DNA of 64,000 nucleotides from Octopus sinensis (Eukaryota). Where the stretch lies: assembly GCF_006345805.1 (NCBI RefSeq), contig NW_021825194.1:248001-312000 (forward strand). Direction: 5' to 3'. This document shows, piece after piece, positions 52,242 through 64,000 of this stretch; within the stretch, counting starts at the first letter, position 1; the number at the start of each line of letters is the position of its first letter. The notes under the pieces were generated by a model. That model was given only the letters and a program-made list of their open reading frames with translations, made no database searches and was not told where the DNA came from. The position numbers were made by a program, and so were the translations under genes.

Positions 52242-52245
<4 letters not shown>
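51495..52245. repeat. A-B-C-A'-B rearranged pLTR: inverted repeat of about 177 bp plus direct repeat of about 100 bp
   Basis: 51495-51671 vs the reverse complement of about 51974-52150; 51673-51775 vs about 52143-52245; a few mismatches in each pair. Confidence 0.9.
51951..52007 (+). ncRNA. minimal type I hammerhead ribozyme, core intact
   Basis: tgtatca CTGACGA aggg..ccct GAAA T CG GTC cgatatg. Confidence 0.7.
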
Positions 52246-52275
<30 letters not shown>

Positions 52276-52299
52276 GGTTCAGCTTAAGGACAGAGCTGG

Positions 52300-53300
52300 T
52301 GACCTACTTTTGGGATAAATCCATTGTCCTGTCAGATTCAGGTGGATTGATCGGTTCTGGGTGGACCTGCGACCCCTTTCGGGTGAACTAGAGGTCGTTC
52401 TAAACACCCCTTGAAGAAGAGGAAGAGGAAAGTAGTGAGAAAGATAGAGTAAGGAATCTGAGAGCAGATAGAGAGGATGACAGCAGCAGCGCCGATAAAG
52501 ATAGGGACATAGGACCAGGCGGGATAGAGAGAGTATAAGGCTAAGAGACAGATTGAGGGTAGTGATAAAGACAGTTGGTATTCGGTCGTCAAAGCGAGTA
52601 GTTGGAATTTTGGGAGCAAGCGGTTGGGATGCAAGAGCTTAGCAAGTTGGAGTTAGCAGTACGGAGAGAGATATATACAGAGGAATAGGCGACTGTTAGA
52701 GAGGAACTACAATATGGGACACTGGCCATTCTAGTAGGAACTAAAGGTATTTAATTGTATTGATACGTGCTACGATGTAAAGAGACTGTAAAAGAAAAAA
52801 AGAGAAAGAAGAAAGAGAGAGAAAAAGAAGGACTCTGATATAGTCGTTAAAGACTTTGAACTGTAACGTGAATTGTTGTGATTTGAACATTGTATAATGT
52901 CCTTCGAACTGTATATGACTTGTTGATGTGTTTTGAAATAGAACTGTGTCACCGGATGGTTATATTGTTACTTGCATGTTTAAATGCTTTGATCTGTGGT
53001 ATAGCCGTATGATGTATTGATTTGTTGTTTCCTTTAAATGTTTTAAATGTATCTGAAATGTATTTGATGTGTAACAATTGATTGTCATATAAACTAGTTG
53101 TTAAATGTAAGCCAGTTGTGCCTTGCCTCTTTGTGTCTCTCTCGGTTGCCTCTGTATCTCTTCGTGCTGCTGTGTTGTATCTATCTCTCCTCTCTCTCGG
53201 TTTCGTGGCGAACTTGCCCGTTCGGGCGAGCGACGACGGGTGATTCCGTAACAATATATATATATATATGGTGTTGTATATCGGGATGTCCTGTTTTTGC
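52300..53300 (-). mobile_element. possible PLE 5' region and ORF N-terminus relic
   Basis: Minus strand SHI.FLSN.RLFLCI resembles the PLE N-terminal HxxFLxxC motif; weak. Confidence 0.3.
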
Positions 53301-53689
53301 CAAATAAGCACAGGCACTATATATTCGTTCTTCACCCGTTTATTATTGTTCGTATTTTAACTCATGTGCATTGCCCAGAAATCTTTCGTCAACCATCTGT
53401 GAACTCTTCAGTGATACTTTCCGTTCTCGTGTGTGCTCCTGCTGCGCTTAGTCTATTCTGTTCTTATATGATGTGTATCCTTATATCATACACATCAGGA
53501 AGGTGTCACTGAAGATTTCCAAACATTGGACACGAGTTAAAATAGGAACAGTAATAAACGAGTGAACAACGAATATTTATAGTGCGTTTGTTTATTTGGC
53601 GAAAGAAATTACCGACCCGAAATACAACAAATATCAGTATCAATACACGTTTTCACAACAGGAATTTTGCAACACAAATTCACAAATGT

Positions 53690-53754
53690 ATGTATGTATG
53701 TTGTATGTATGTATGTATGTATGTATTATGTATGTATGTATGTATGTATATATG

Positions 53755-53809
<55 letters not shown>

Positions 53810-53958
53810 ACTTCATAAAACGTGTAGTAAATAAACGTACGAACATATACGTTAGTACATTATATATATATATGTACATATACATATGTATATATATATG
53901 TATATATATATATATGTATATATACATATATATATATATGTATATATATATATGTATG

Positions 53959-54030
<72 letters not shown>
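53690..54030. repeat. (ATGT)n/(AT)n microsatellites
   Basis: Read directly. Confidence 0.9.
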
Positions 54031-54034
<4 letters not shown>

Positions 54035-54483
54035 TAATGAGGGTAGAAATTGATATCAACCAATTAACATCAATTTCAACCAGTGGTTTTAAAAATCCGA
54101 AGATTTAAAAATCATATTAGAGGAATGATCACTAAAGTGGATTCCTAATATGCTAAAGATAGACGTCTAATTTCCTTACCACGAAGAGTGTATTCTCAAG
54201 AAAAATTTCAGCAAAAACGCCAGAATGAAAAAATGAGCAAGACAAATGAAAATGTACAAAATAAAAAGATTACCTGCGTATCATGATTTTTTTTGTTAAC
54301 ACTTGCATAATGCAAAATGCAAATACCTGCAATTCTTCCGCGTAGTCTGACGCGTTACAAACATATTTCACAGAACTATACACAGAAACGTTCACCCGAA
54401 AGAAAACGCAAATACAGTTCTGCAAATTATATTTGGGGGCGACTTTCAAATTCTTCATTTTGGCGCGCTGAGGCCGCATAGGA

Positions 54484-54954
54484 GACTACCCGTCTGATAA
54501 GGGTACACTAGGCACATGCATCACAACCATATGTGCACGACATGGTGATCTCATGTCAAGATAAACAGCGCATGACCTTGCAGGTGGGGCCCAGTTAGAA
54601 TTTTCTTCTGGTCGAGTAACCTATCCCGCTGAAAAGAGCCCTGAATAAGGGTTGTTTAAGGATGTTAAACGAACCACCCATGTTTCCAGAGGTGAATTAT
54701 TCAGACCCCCAAAGTATCCCTCTCAACACATGGCTATGATGCTCTCCCACTACTTCTGCTCGTGATCAGAGATGCACATATCGTCAGCCATTAAGGGACC
54801 ATTAAGGTCAAACACCTGACAAGCAAATCTGTGGTATTGAGCAGAATATTTGCTGTAGCCCATCTTTTATACCAAGACAAAACAATGTACATAACACTTC
54901 CAATCAGTTAAGATCAGAAGCCATGGGAGCCACTGTCTGGTACTGCATCAGGGC

Positions 54955-55000
<46 letters not shown>

Positions 55001-55547
55001 GAGTGAGAGAGCAGTGCATGCCATCAAAGTGACAACTGGGGTACAAATATACGAAGCCCATCATGACTACCCGTCTGATAAGGGTACACCAGGCACATGC
55101 ATCACAACCATATGTGCGCGACATGGTGATCTCATAACAAGATAAACAGAGCATGACCTTGCGGGTGGGGCCCAGTTAGAATTTTCTTCTGGATGGGTAA
55201 CCCATCCCACTCAAAAGGTCCCTGAATAAGGGTTGTTTAAGGATGTTGAATGAAACACCCATGTTTCCAGAGGTGAATCATTCAAACCCCAAAGAATCCC
55301 TTTCAACACATGGCTATGATGCTCCCCCATTACTTCTACTCGTGATCAGAGATGCACATATCGTCAGCCACTAAGGGACATGCTCAACTGATTAAGGTCA
55401 AACAACTGACAAGCAAATCTGTGGTATTGAGAAGAATATTTGCTGTAGCCCATCTTTTATACCAAGACAAAACAATGTATATGATAACACTTCCAATCAG
55501 TTAAGATCAGAAGCCATGAGAGCCGCTGCCTGGTACTGCATCAGGGC

Positions 55548-55612
<65 letters not shown>

Positions 55613-58537
55613 TATTATTATTATTATATGAGGGGACTAAGGCCGCTCGATGTGCCCGCGTGGCAGAGGCGAAGCGGGGCAACAAAGCGACCATTCGGTC
55701 TTTGGTGGACCAGAACGGGCGCGAGATTTCCGAGCCGAAGCAGATGTGTGCGGTGTTTCAGCGGCACTTTGCTCAACTGTTTGGGACGAACGGTGGGACG
55801 GACAACGGTGCAGACTTCCGTGTGTACCTGGACGGCCTACCGCAACTCTCAGACAGCGAGGCAGAGTGCTGCAAAAGGTCGATATCTGCCTGGGAAGTGG
55901 AGGAAGCGATGAAAAGCTGCATGAGAGGTAGATCGCGGGTTTGGATGGTCTGCCTTACGAGCTTTACACTTCAATGCCAGACTTGTTTGCAAACGTCTAC
56001 TGCAACTGGCAGCAAAGCGGGAGAATTCCTGCTCTTGTCTGTCGAAGAGTAGTGGCTTTGCTGAGAAAGGACCCAAAGAAGGGGGACATTGTAGGGAACT
56101 TTTGGCCCATCACTCTGCTCAATGCAGAGCGGAAGATTTTGGCCAAGGTGTTAGCCAAGAGATTGGCGCTTGTCCTGGACGAGCTGGTTGGCAAGGCGCA
56201 GACATGCGCCGTGCCGACCAGGTCGATACACGATAATCTCCATCTCATACGCTACACCATAGAGAGGGTGGGTAACGACGCTGGCGCGGGTGGGGCTTTG
56301 ATAAATTTAGATCAAAGTAAAGCCTTCGATAGGATCGACCATCGATACCTAGCAGCTGTTCTCAAGGCAGCCGGCTTCGGTCCAGTCTTCCGCAGGTGGA
56401 TCGCTGCTTTATATAGCAACATCTCCTCGGTAATACGGGTGAACGGTCACCTTTCAGAGCCGTTTGACATCTCGCGTTCGGTCCGCCAAGGATGTTCTCT
56501 CTCCTCCCTCTTGTACGTATTGACTCTCGAGCCATTACTGCGTAAATTGGATCTTTGAGGGGTATATCGCGCGAACTAGGAGGAGGAAACAGCGTGTCTG
56601 TCTATGCCGACGACGTCACTGTGATGGTGTCGAGCCACAGGCACATTGACCTGATCGGCGAGACGCTAAACGAATACGAAGCGGTGACAGGGGCAAACAT
56701 TAACGCGGAAAAGTCCGTAGGCTTGCAACTAGGCACCTTGAGAGGCAAGTCCATGCCGTCCAACAGCGTCGTAGGGCGCTGGACAGACGGACCCGTTAAA
56801 CTGCTCGGAATCTGGTTCGGTCCGGGCCTCCAGGTGGATAAAAACTGGGAAGAAGTGACGAGCAGGGTGGCCAATCTCACCCAGAAATGGGCCGAGAGGA
56901 ATCTGTCCCTGAAAGGTCGAGCGGAGGTGGCGAATGTGTACATCGCATCCGTCATCTATTACCGCTTGACCGTCGTCCCTTGTCCTGACCGCTGGTTGGC
57001 CAAGCTGGTACGCTTGCTCTTCGACTTTTTGTGGAAGGGTCAGGTACCACTGGTCAGGTGATCCATCTGCTGTCAACGACCGCTGAACGGAGGCCTTGGC
57101 ATGCCGTGGTTACTGATGCGTTTCCTAGACGGTGAACAGGTGTGGTCGTCTTTTGTCAGCCGCGACTTTCCGCAACTCGTCTCTTTGACAGAGCTGCAGA
57201 TCTGGATCAAACGTAGACCGAGAAAGGGCGCTTGGCACCTTGAGTGCCGTCAAGCTCTCTCTGCCCTCCACCAAGCGGGCAATGCGATCGGTAGTAGTTC
57301 CAGCCTAGCGTTCTATAGAGGGTTAGTGGAAGAAAAGTGCGACGACGTTCCCGGGGAAACTCTAGGCGTTGACGATAACGAGCTGAGCAGTCTGTTTGGA
57401 AGGACTTTCGGGCCGGAGCCAATGGATAATTTCCAGAGGTCCCTCGCCTGGCAGTGTTACCGAGGGGCTCTGCCTGTTCGAGATAAACTCTACCGGCACG
57501 GAAGTGCCGTCAGCCGGACCTGCCCGAGGTGCTGCCAGGACGACGAAACCCTTCTGCATGCACTCGTCCACTGTCCGAGTATTGCTGAACTATGGGTTTA
57601 TGTCGAACAGCTACTGTCGCGTATAGGACGGATCCAGCTATCAGCTGAATCCATAGTGAAGATTTCCCCACCGACCTCCTTTAAACGGGAGGGCAAGGCA
57701 GTTTACCTTTGCCTAGTGGCTGTAGCGAAAGAGGTGGTGTGGTGGACCCGTTTGAAAGGGCTAAGGTCAGACACTTTCCTCTTTGGCCCAGGTCTCATCA
57801 ACTTTTTCAATTTTCACTTGAAAAGGAAGATGAGAGTAGAGAGGGAAGTGTTGTCCGACAGCAAGTTTAATGAAAGGTGGATAAATGTCGCAAGAATGGC
57901 CAGTATGAAAGGAACCATTCTGGAGTTACACCTGTGATTTAAAAAGGTAATATAAAGGAGAAAGGGGCTCTCTACCACCCCCTTTGGCCAATAAAAGAAT
58001 TAATTATTATTATTATTATTATTATTATTGAGTGAGAGAGCAGTGCATGCCATCAAAGTGACACTGGGGTAAAATATACGAAGCCCAATATACCCATCAT
58101 GACTACCCGTCTGATAAGGGTACACCAGACACATGTATCACAACCATATGTGCGCGACATGGTGATCTCATATCAAGATAAACAGCACATGACCTTGCAG
58201 GTGGGGCCCAGTTAGAATTTTCTTCTGGTCGATTAACCCATCCCGCTCAAAAGGTCCCTGAATAAGGGTTGTTTAAGGATGTTGAAAGAACCACCCATGT
58301 TTCCAGAGGTGAATTATTCAAACCCCAAAGAATCCCTCTCAACAGATGGCTATGATGCTCCCCCACTTCTTCTGCTCGTGATCAGAGATGCACATATCGT
58401 CAGCCACTAAGGGACATGCTCAACTGGTTAAGGTCAAACAACTGACAAGCAAATCTGTGGTATTGAGCAGAATATTTGCTGTAGCCCATCTTTTATACCA
58501 GTGGTATTGAGCAGAATATTTGCTGTGTGGTATTGAG

Positions 58538-58594
<57 letters not shown>
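54484..58594. repeat. head-to-tail array of a non-coding unit of about 560 bp separated by (ATT)n
   Basis: Copies at 54484-54958, 55001-55551 and 58030-58538; (ATT)n at 54957-55000, 55550-55627, 58003-58029 and 58539-58594. Confidence 0.93.
55628..58003 (+). mobile_element. 5'-truncated Tx1/L1-like LINE inserted in (ATT)n
   Basis: DGLPYELY, FWPITLLNAERKILAK, LDQSKAFDRIDH, VRQGCSLS, VYADDV, CPRCCQDDETLLHALVHC; AATAAA at 57990. Confidence 0.93.
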
Positions 58595-58599
58595 GTATA

Positions 58600-59810
58600 T
58601 CTGTATATGTTGTTGTATTTAGGACTGGTCATTTTGCCAGTTTAGCCAATAAAAACACACGCACTATATATTTGGTGTTAATTTGCTTCAGCGTTATTTT
58701 TTACATTAATCTTAATCTTATTTCGGCTAGAGTTCTTTCGTCACACTTCTGTGACCTCATCAGTGGTCCTTTGCTTTCTTCTTTCTTATTTGTGTGTCTC
58801 TCCTTAGTAACGGTCAGCCATTTTGTATTTTGTATTCCTATTGTATGTGTCTTCATTTGCGCATGCGTATACCTCTATGTGTGTCTATGTTTAGTTAGTG
58901 TGTGTGGTGGGGGAAAAGTGCCTGTAATATTTGTATCTCCTGTTTATACACGTTCCTGTAATTTGTTTTTGTTTATTTTTATTTTGTTCATGTGTTTACA
59001 CCTACTTATTATTATTATTTTTTGGTTAAACTTTTTTATGTATATAGTTATTTACTTCCATTTGGTTATTTATCTGTGTATTTTATAATGTTTTTAGTTT
59101 TGTTTATATCGTTACCAGTTTATGGAGACCTTCTGTCATATGCTGTCGTGTGTTGGGGGTGTGTGCTAGTGTTCCATTCCAGTTTCCTATTCAGGCTAGG
59201 TTTATCTTCTATTATGTGTGTAGCTTCCGTAATTTGTCTGATTGTTGCGTCTGTTTTATGTGTGGACAAGATTTTAACTTCTATGTTGTTGAGTGAACGC
59301 CCGTGTTCCTGCTCGGCGTGTTGGTACAGAACCGATGAGCTCTTTTCTTCCTTAAGTTCTCTCCAATGTCCATTTACCCGCTCTCCTATACTCCGTGCCG
59401 TTTCCCCTACGTATATCATTGTCTTGTTACTGCTTCGTCCCTCTATACATCTTATACTATAGACTACATTTCTGACTTTACAATTTGTTTGTGGGCTAAA
59501 TTTACACACAGTACAGTTCCTATCCGTACAGGAGGTTCTACTAAAAGGTTAGGCTCTACCGATTAGGGATTTGATAGGGTTGCTGGCCTTTCAACAACCT
59601 TAATCCTTAGCTTAAGTTTGTCTAGGGCCCTTCTAAAGCGGTACGCCAGTTCGCCTCTAAGGGTGGTGTCGACGAACATGACACTCTGGTATTTGTAGCT
59701 ATCATACCAAGAGTTGGCCTTCCCTATTTTCTTCTTAGTTCTTTAAAATATATAGTGCGTGTTTTTTATTGACTAAACTGGCAAAATGACCATTCCTAAA
59801 TACAACATCT
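58600..59810 (-). mobile_element. 5'-truncated PLE (GIY-YIG plus 3'UTR/pLTR) with inverted pLTR tail
   Basis: SVMFVDTT..IKVVERP, CTVCKFSPQTNCKVRNVVYSIRC..IYVGETARSIGERVNGH..RQITEA..LNRKLEW; inverted repeats 58611-58673 and 59746-59807. Confidence 0.88.
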
Positions 59811-59887
59811 ATTTCAACTCACGATTTCACATCAAGAATCTTGCAAAACGAATATATATATTATATATATATATATATATTATATAT

Positions 59888-59924
<37 letters not shown>

Positions 59925-60362
59925 CCAAGCTGAATCGCCCCGCGTTGCCCGGGTTAGTGCTGTTCTTATTTAGAAAATAATAAACAATAAATGGGAAGAT
60001 ATATTTTCTCATAATTATTTCAAAATGTCTTTCGTACGTAAGGAAGGCGCAAACACACACTCACAGACACATACACACTCAAACAAAATGTGACACCGAC
60101 GTCCTCGTGGTATAAAATATCCTTCACTATATTTGAGTATAAAAATGTTATTTTAGATAAAATGTTATACTGTTTTAATCCAAATGAAAATAAAATCACA
60201 TGTTGATACTCGGGGGTCTAATACTATTACCGGGTAAAATTTGAACTGACTCGTTGGAGCCGTTTTAGAATGCATAGGGAACAGACGGACAAACAGATAT
60301 GTGTACATACATGCGTACATGCATGTATGCATATATACATACATACATACATATATATAAGA
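59925..60362 (-). mobile_element. non-autonomous Helitron (about 440 bp)
   Basis: 5' TCTTATATATA, (TGTA)n, tgtccgtctgttccct..acggctccaacga..ttcaaatttt; 3' hairpin cccgggcaacgcggg with a CTTGG (CTAG variant) end. Confidence 0.7.
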
Positions 60363-60487
60363 ACACCTAAATAGTTATTGTCTGAGTGCACTGAAGCATT
60401 AAAAATAGGATTAAACGCTTGCTTGGTCTATGCATATCTGCTCGTTGAAAACCTTGCGAATTTACATATAATGTGCATATAGATGTC

Positions 60488-60534
<47 letters not shown>

Positions 60535-60600
60535 GTTTAAATATTTGTTGTGCAAGATTTTTTTATTGGCTAAACTGGCAATATGACCATTCCGAAATAT

Positions 60601-60632
<32 letters not shown>

Positions 60633-60704
60633 CAAAGTGGAGTTGTAGGGTACCGCATGAGTGGAATTATATACGAAAGAAGGTTTGAAAATGCAATTTT
60701 AAAA

Positions 60705-60760
60705 GACGTTTATTTACTTTACCGGTTTCACTCTTTGGAAGTTGATTGTCAAAAGTAACA
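60705..60760 (-). ncRNA. degenerate hammerhead relic
   Basis: Minus strand tactt TTGACAA ...gagt GAAAC CG GTA aagta; stem I is perfect, the core has two substitutions. Confidence 0.45.
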
Positions 60761-61115
60761 TGTAAAAGTTTGGTTGCGTTAATTATTGGTTGTTGCAAAT
60801 TGCTACATTACGTATATACAGTCTTTGGTAACAAGGACATGTTAAGGACATAAAAAGTTTTAACAAGTTCCTTAAAATATTGGGCACAAAAGATTACATA
60901 AATAATCATTCTCAAGAACATGTTTAAGATAGTTTCCAGAAGGAATTATAAAAAAGTTCAGTGGGATATTGGTATTGGTATTGCATCTGTATATTCAAAC
61001 ACGCACAGAATATTGGTTGACACAGAGTACTACAATACATATATATATACATTATTTGGTGACAAGAGTATGTGTATAATTATATATATAGATGTATATA
61101 TATATATATATATAT

Positions 61116-62012
61116 TTAATCAGCCGAAATTACTACGATGATCCGGTTCTTGACTGAAGACTGAGGGGTTCGAATGTCCTGTCCATGTTTATTGTATCGT
61201 CTTCTATGAGTTATACGTTCTTGTCCATGTTGTATTTTTCTACATACCTTAACATATATTCCAGGCGCCCCGTACCCCCTTTATCATTAATGTGAACACA
61301 TATTCTTAATAATTGGTACGACTCTCTGTTTGTCTCTCTCCCTCTCTCATTTTTACTTTCTCTCTATTCATCTTCTCTTTCCTCTGATCCTTTGGTCTAG
61401 TCTTCCACTACCCTCCTATTTCTTTGTCTCGCTCTGCACTCACAGGTCATTCTTCGACACCCATCCATTCTCCTCTCTGATTCCTTCTTTCTCTCTCTTC
61501 TCTCTCTTTGTTGCGTTTTGTCCCCCTTTTCTCTCTCTCTCTTCTCTGTCACGTGACTGTTGGCCGAAATCTGCCTTTCAGCTCCTGACCTCGTCGTGTT
61601 AACATCGTTGTTCTTCGTCCGCCGCTATAAAGGCTTTTTCCAATGCGCCAGAGAAAAAATTTGTTTGCTTGTTATCAGTCGTAAGACACTTGTTGTTCTC
61701 ACCGTTAATGCTTCTGTATTTCATGTTTCTGTATTCCATTATTGTTTTTTGTTTTTTCTATATCTGTCCCTTTTGCTGTCCTGGTGTTCGTATGCATTCG
61801 ATCCTTCTTCCAGGAAATCTACGCTTCCAGCTTAGTTTTTCTTGGAGGGCTGGCCGTGATCTAGTAATCTCAAGATTAATCAGCCGAAATTACTACGATG
61901 ATCCGGTTCTTGACTGAAGACTGAGGGGTTCGAATGTCCTGTCCATGTTTATTGTATCGTCTTCTATGAGTTATACGTTCTTGTCCATGTTGTATTTTTC
62001 TACATACCTTAA
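61116..62012. repeat. 137-bp direct repeats (61116-61252 and 61876-62012) flanking about 620 bp
   Basis: Read directly; both copies border (AT)n. Confidence 0.9.
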
Positions 62013-62014
62013 TA

Positions 62015-62063
<49 letters not shown>

Positions 62064-63099
62064 CAAAATAAGCAACAAGAATATCTTCGGTATTAAGACA
62101 GATTTGAATTTTAAGAACATTAAGGTAATAGAATTTATCTTCTGACTGAAGAATATTCTTTAAGTTATTTTCAACTGCTAGAAGGTGGGGAAGGATATTC
62201 AGCTGAATGGAGACAAAAGCGATTTTCTATTTATAGAAGTAGGTGGGGGTGAAATAAATGTCAGAAGTTATTTCTAAAGAAATTAAAGTAGAAAGGGGGT
62301 TATAATGCCTTAGATGCTGTTTACTGCTATTTGGCAAACACATTTTGTATCAAGAAAACTAGGTCAATGCTAGATGGTCACAATGACTACCTATATACCA
62401 AAAAGTTATAGAGAATACATAGATTCCTTTACACTTATATACATCAGCTTTATACTTAGCTAGTAGGTGTTGATCATTTTGATACGTTGGATTAAAGGAG
62501 AAATTATAAATCTAATATTTATTAATTTTGGAGAAAAATCTATCATTTATTATGAGTAGGCATAAAACTCAATAACTATGGACAAAAGTCTTATTAATAA
62601 AGTAAATATATTAGGGGTCAATTATATATATTCTGGAGAAAATGGAAGATGAGTAATCAAGATGAGTAATTTTCTTAGGTTTAGTAGAAGGTGATTCATT
62701 TTTAGGAAAAGAAGTAATCAAGGAGAGTAAATTTCTCAGATTTAGTAGATGGTGAATTGTTATTAATGAATTAAATTAAAGAATCTGTTAGACATAATAT
62801 TTACTACCAGCGGAGAAAAGCTAATCAGTTAGGTAAAAATATCCGGGGTTAATGATATATTAAGAAATGGAAGTGAGGTAATCAAGATAAACTGAGTAGT
62901 TTCCTTAGGGACATAGAATTTATACTATTTAATATAGGAGATTATCAGAAAAAAAGAGAGAATTTAATTCTAAATATGCAATGAAGTTTTTTAGTAATCT
63001 ATGCATGTTGAATAAAAGCTAGTATGGTATATTCATTCTTATTTAGTTATAAAGAATTAGAATTTGAAAAATTTAGGAATGGTTACAATATTATTATTT

Positions 63100-63718
63100 A
63101 AAATATTTAAACGTACGGGTTGTACGATGTATGCAAGATGCTCCTAGTTCAGAACGGTTATTTAACAGATTTGTATTATTCCTATGTTTTAAAATTTCAT
63201 GTTTCCATAGAACAAAGTTCACAACCATCTCTATTTTTATATATCCCATTTCAGGTTAAATTCTATATTATTCCTTTTCAGTTCCCAAATTTTACTATAC
63301 AATGTTGTGCAACCTGCCTTGTGTTTAAGCCTAAAGGAGGAAAAAATGATTGTTTAAACGTTTTTTTAAATCCACCGAACAACCGAAATAAATATAGTTA
63401 TTATTTCAAGTCACTATTGTACATTTATAAATTACATTTTGGACCAAACAGCGGCCAGATACCGGACATTTCGATCTAATCCTACAATTACAACTGGGGG
63501 GATAATTCATGGTACTAGTATTATTTATGGACAATTCGTTTTCATTTTCGTTACTAGAGTTATTAATAGTATTAGTGTTATTTCCTCTAACAGTAGTTAT
63601 ATTGTTATGTAAATTGGGGTTACTAGTTATTAATCCATTCTCACTACCCTCACCTACTACATCTTTATCTTTATTACCTATATTATTGATATTGTCATTA
63701 TCACTATTTATATAAATG

Positions 63719-63777
<59 letters not shown>

Positions 63778-63781
63778 GTTA

Positions 63782-63818
<37 letters not shown>

Positions 63819-63900
63819 CATTATTATTATTTTTATTATTATTATTACCATTATTATTGTTGTTACTATTTATCCTATCTCTAGCTAACTTTATATTTTT
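63100..63900 (-). mobile_element. PLE (Naiad-like) linker plus GIY-YIG, with poly-Asn (AAT)n in the linker
   Basis: SCNCRIRSKCPVSGRCLVQNVIYKCTI, YIYFGCS..KKRLNNH, TTL.SKIWELK, CELC, LLNNRSEL..CIH. Confidence 0.82.
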
Positions 63901-63904
63901 ACTA

Positions 63905-63979
<75 letters not shown>

Positions 63980-64000
63980 GTGTGTGTGTACATGTATATA

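Noticed and set aside
54484-58594. Array read as CRISPR-like or as protein-coding
   Set aside because: Units are about 560 bp, the spacers are pure (ATT)n, and all frames I translated have stops or no recognisable domain.
63406-63408. In-frame TGA in the Naiad-like GIY-YIG as selenocysteine
   Set aside because: It is not at a conserved Cys position, a frameshift and more stops follow, and I could not identify a SECIS; simple decay is more likely.

Overview
Gene-poor, repeat-dense eukaryotic DNA. It is very likely an octopus genome; this is inferred from recalled octopus-type tRNA-derived SINEs and the extreme (AT)n/(GT)n/(ATT)n load. No intact host gene, true tRNA/rRNA or CRISPR array is supported, and most track ORFs are microsatellite artefacts or fragments of decayed transposon ORFs. 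Retroelements: three Tx1/L1-like LINEs (two full-length), a nearly intact CR1, a 5'-truncated RTE, at least seven Penelope-like (PLE) fragments of two types with about ten hammerhead-ribozyme (HHR) relics, and several SINEs. DNA elements: two RepHel-bearing Helitrons plus non-autonomous Helitron ends, Tc1, hAT and piggyBac relics, and a MITE. Best leads: (1) both full-length Tx1-like LINEs sit in sense orientation inside the A-box/D-arm of tRNA-derived SINE heads, one with a perfect 14-bp TSD, suggesting a SINE/tRNA-head-targeting retrotransposon; (2) a non-coding unit of about 560 bp arrayed head-to-tail through (ATT)n tracts, like a microsatellite-targeted non-autonomous retroposon; (3) HHR-bearing palindromes, inverted tails and a 510-520-bp tandem array whose breakpoints recur in HHR stem-loop II. 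All family calls come from manual motif reading, with no database searches.
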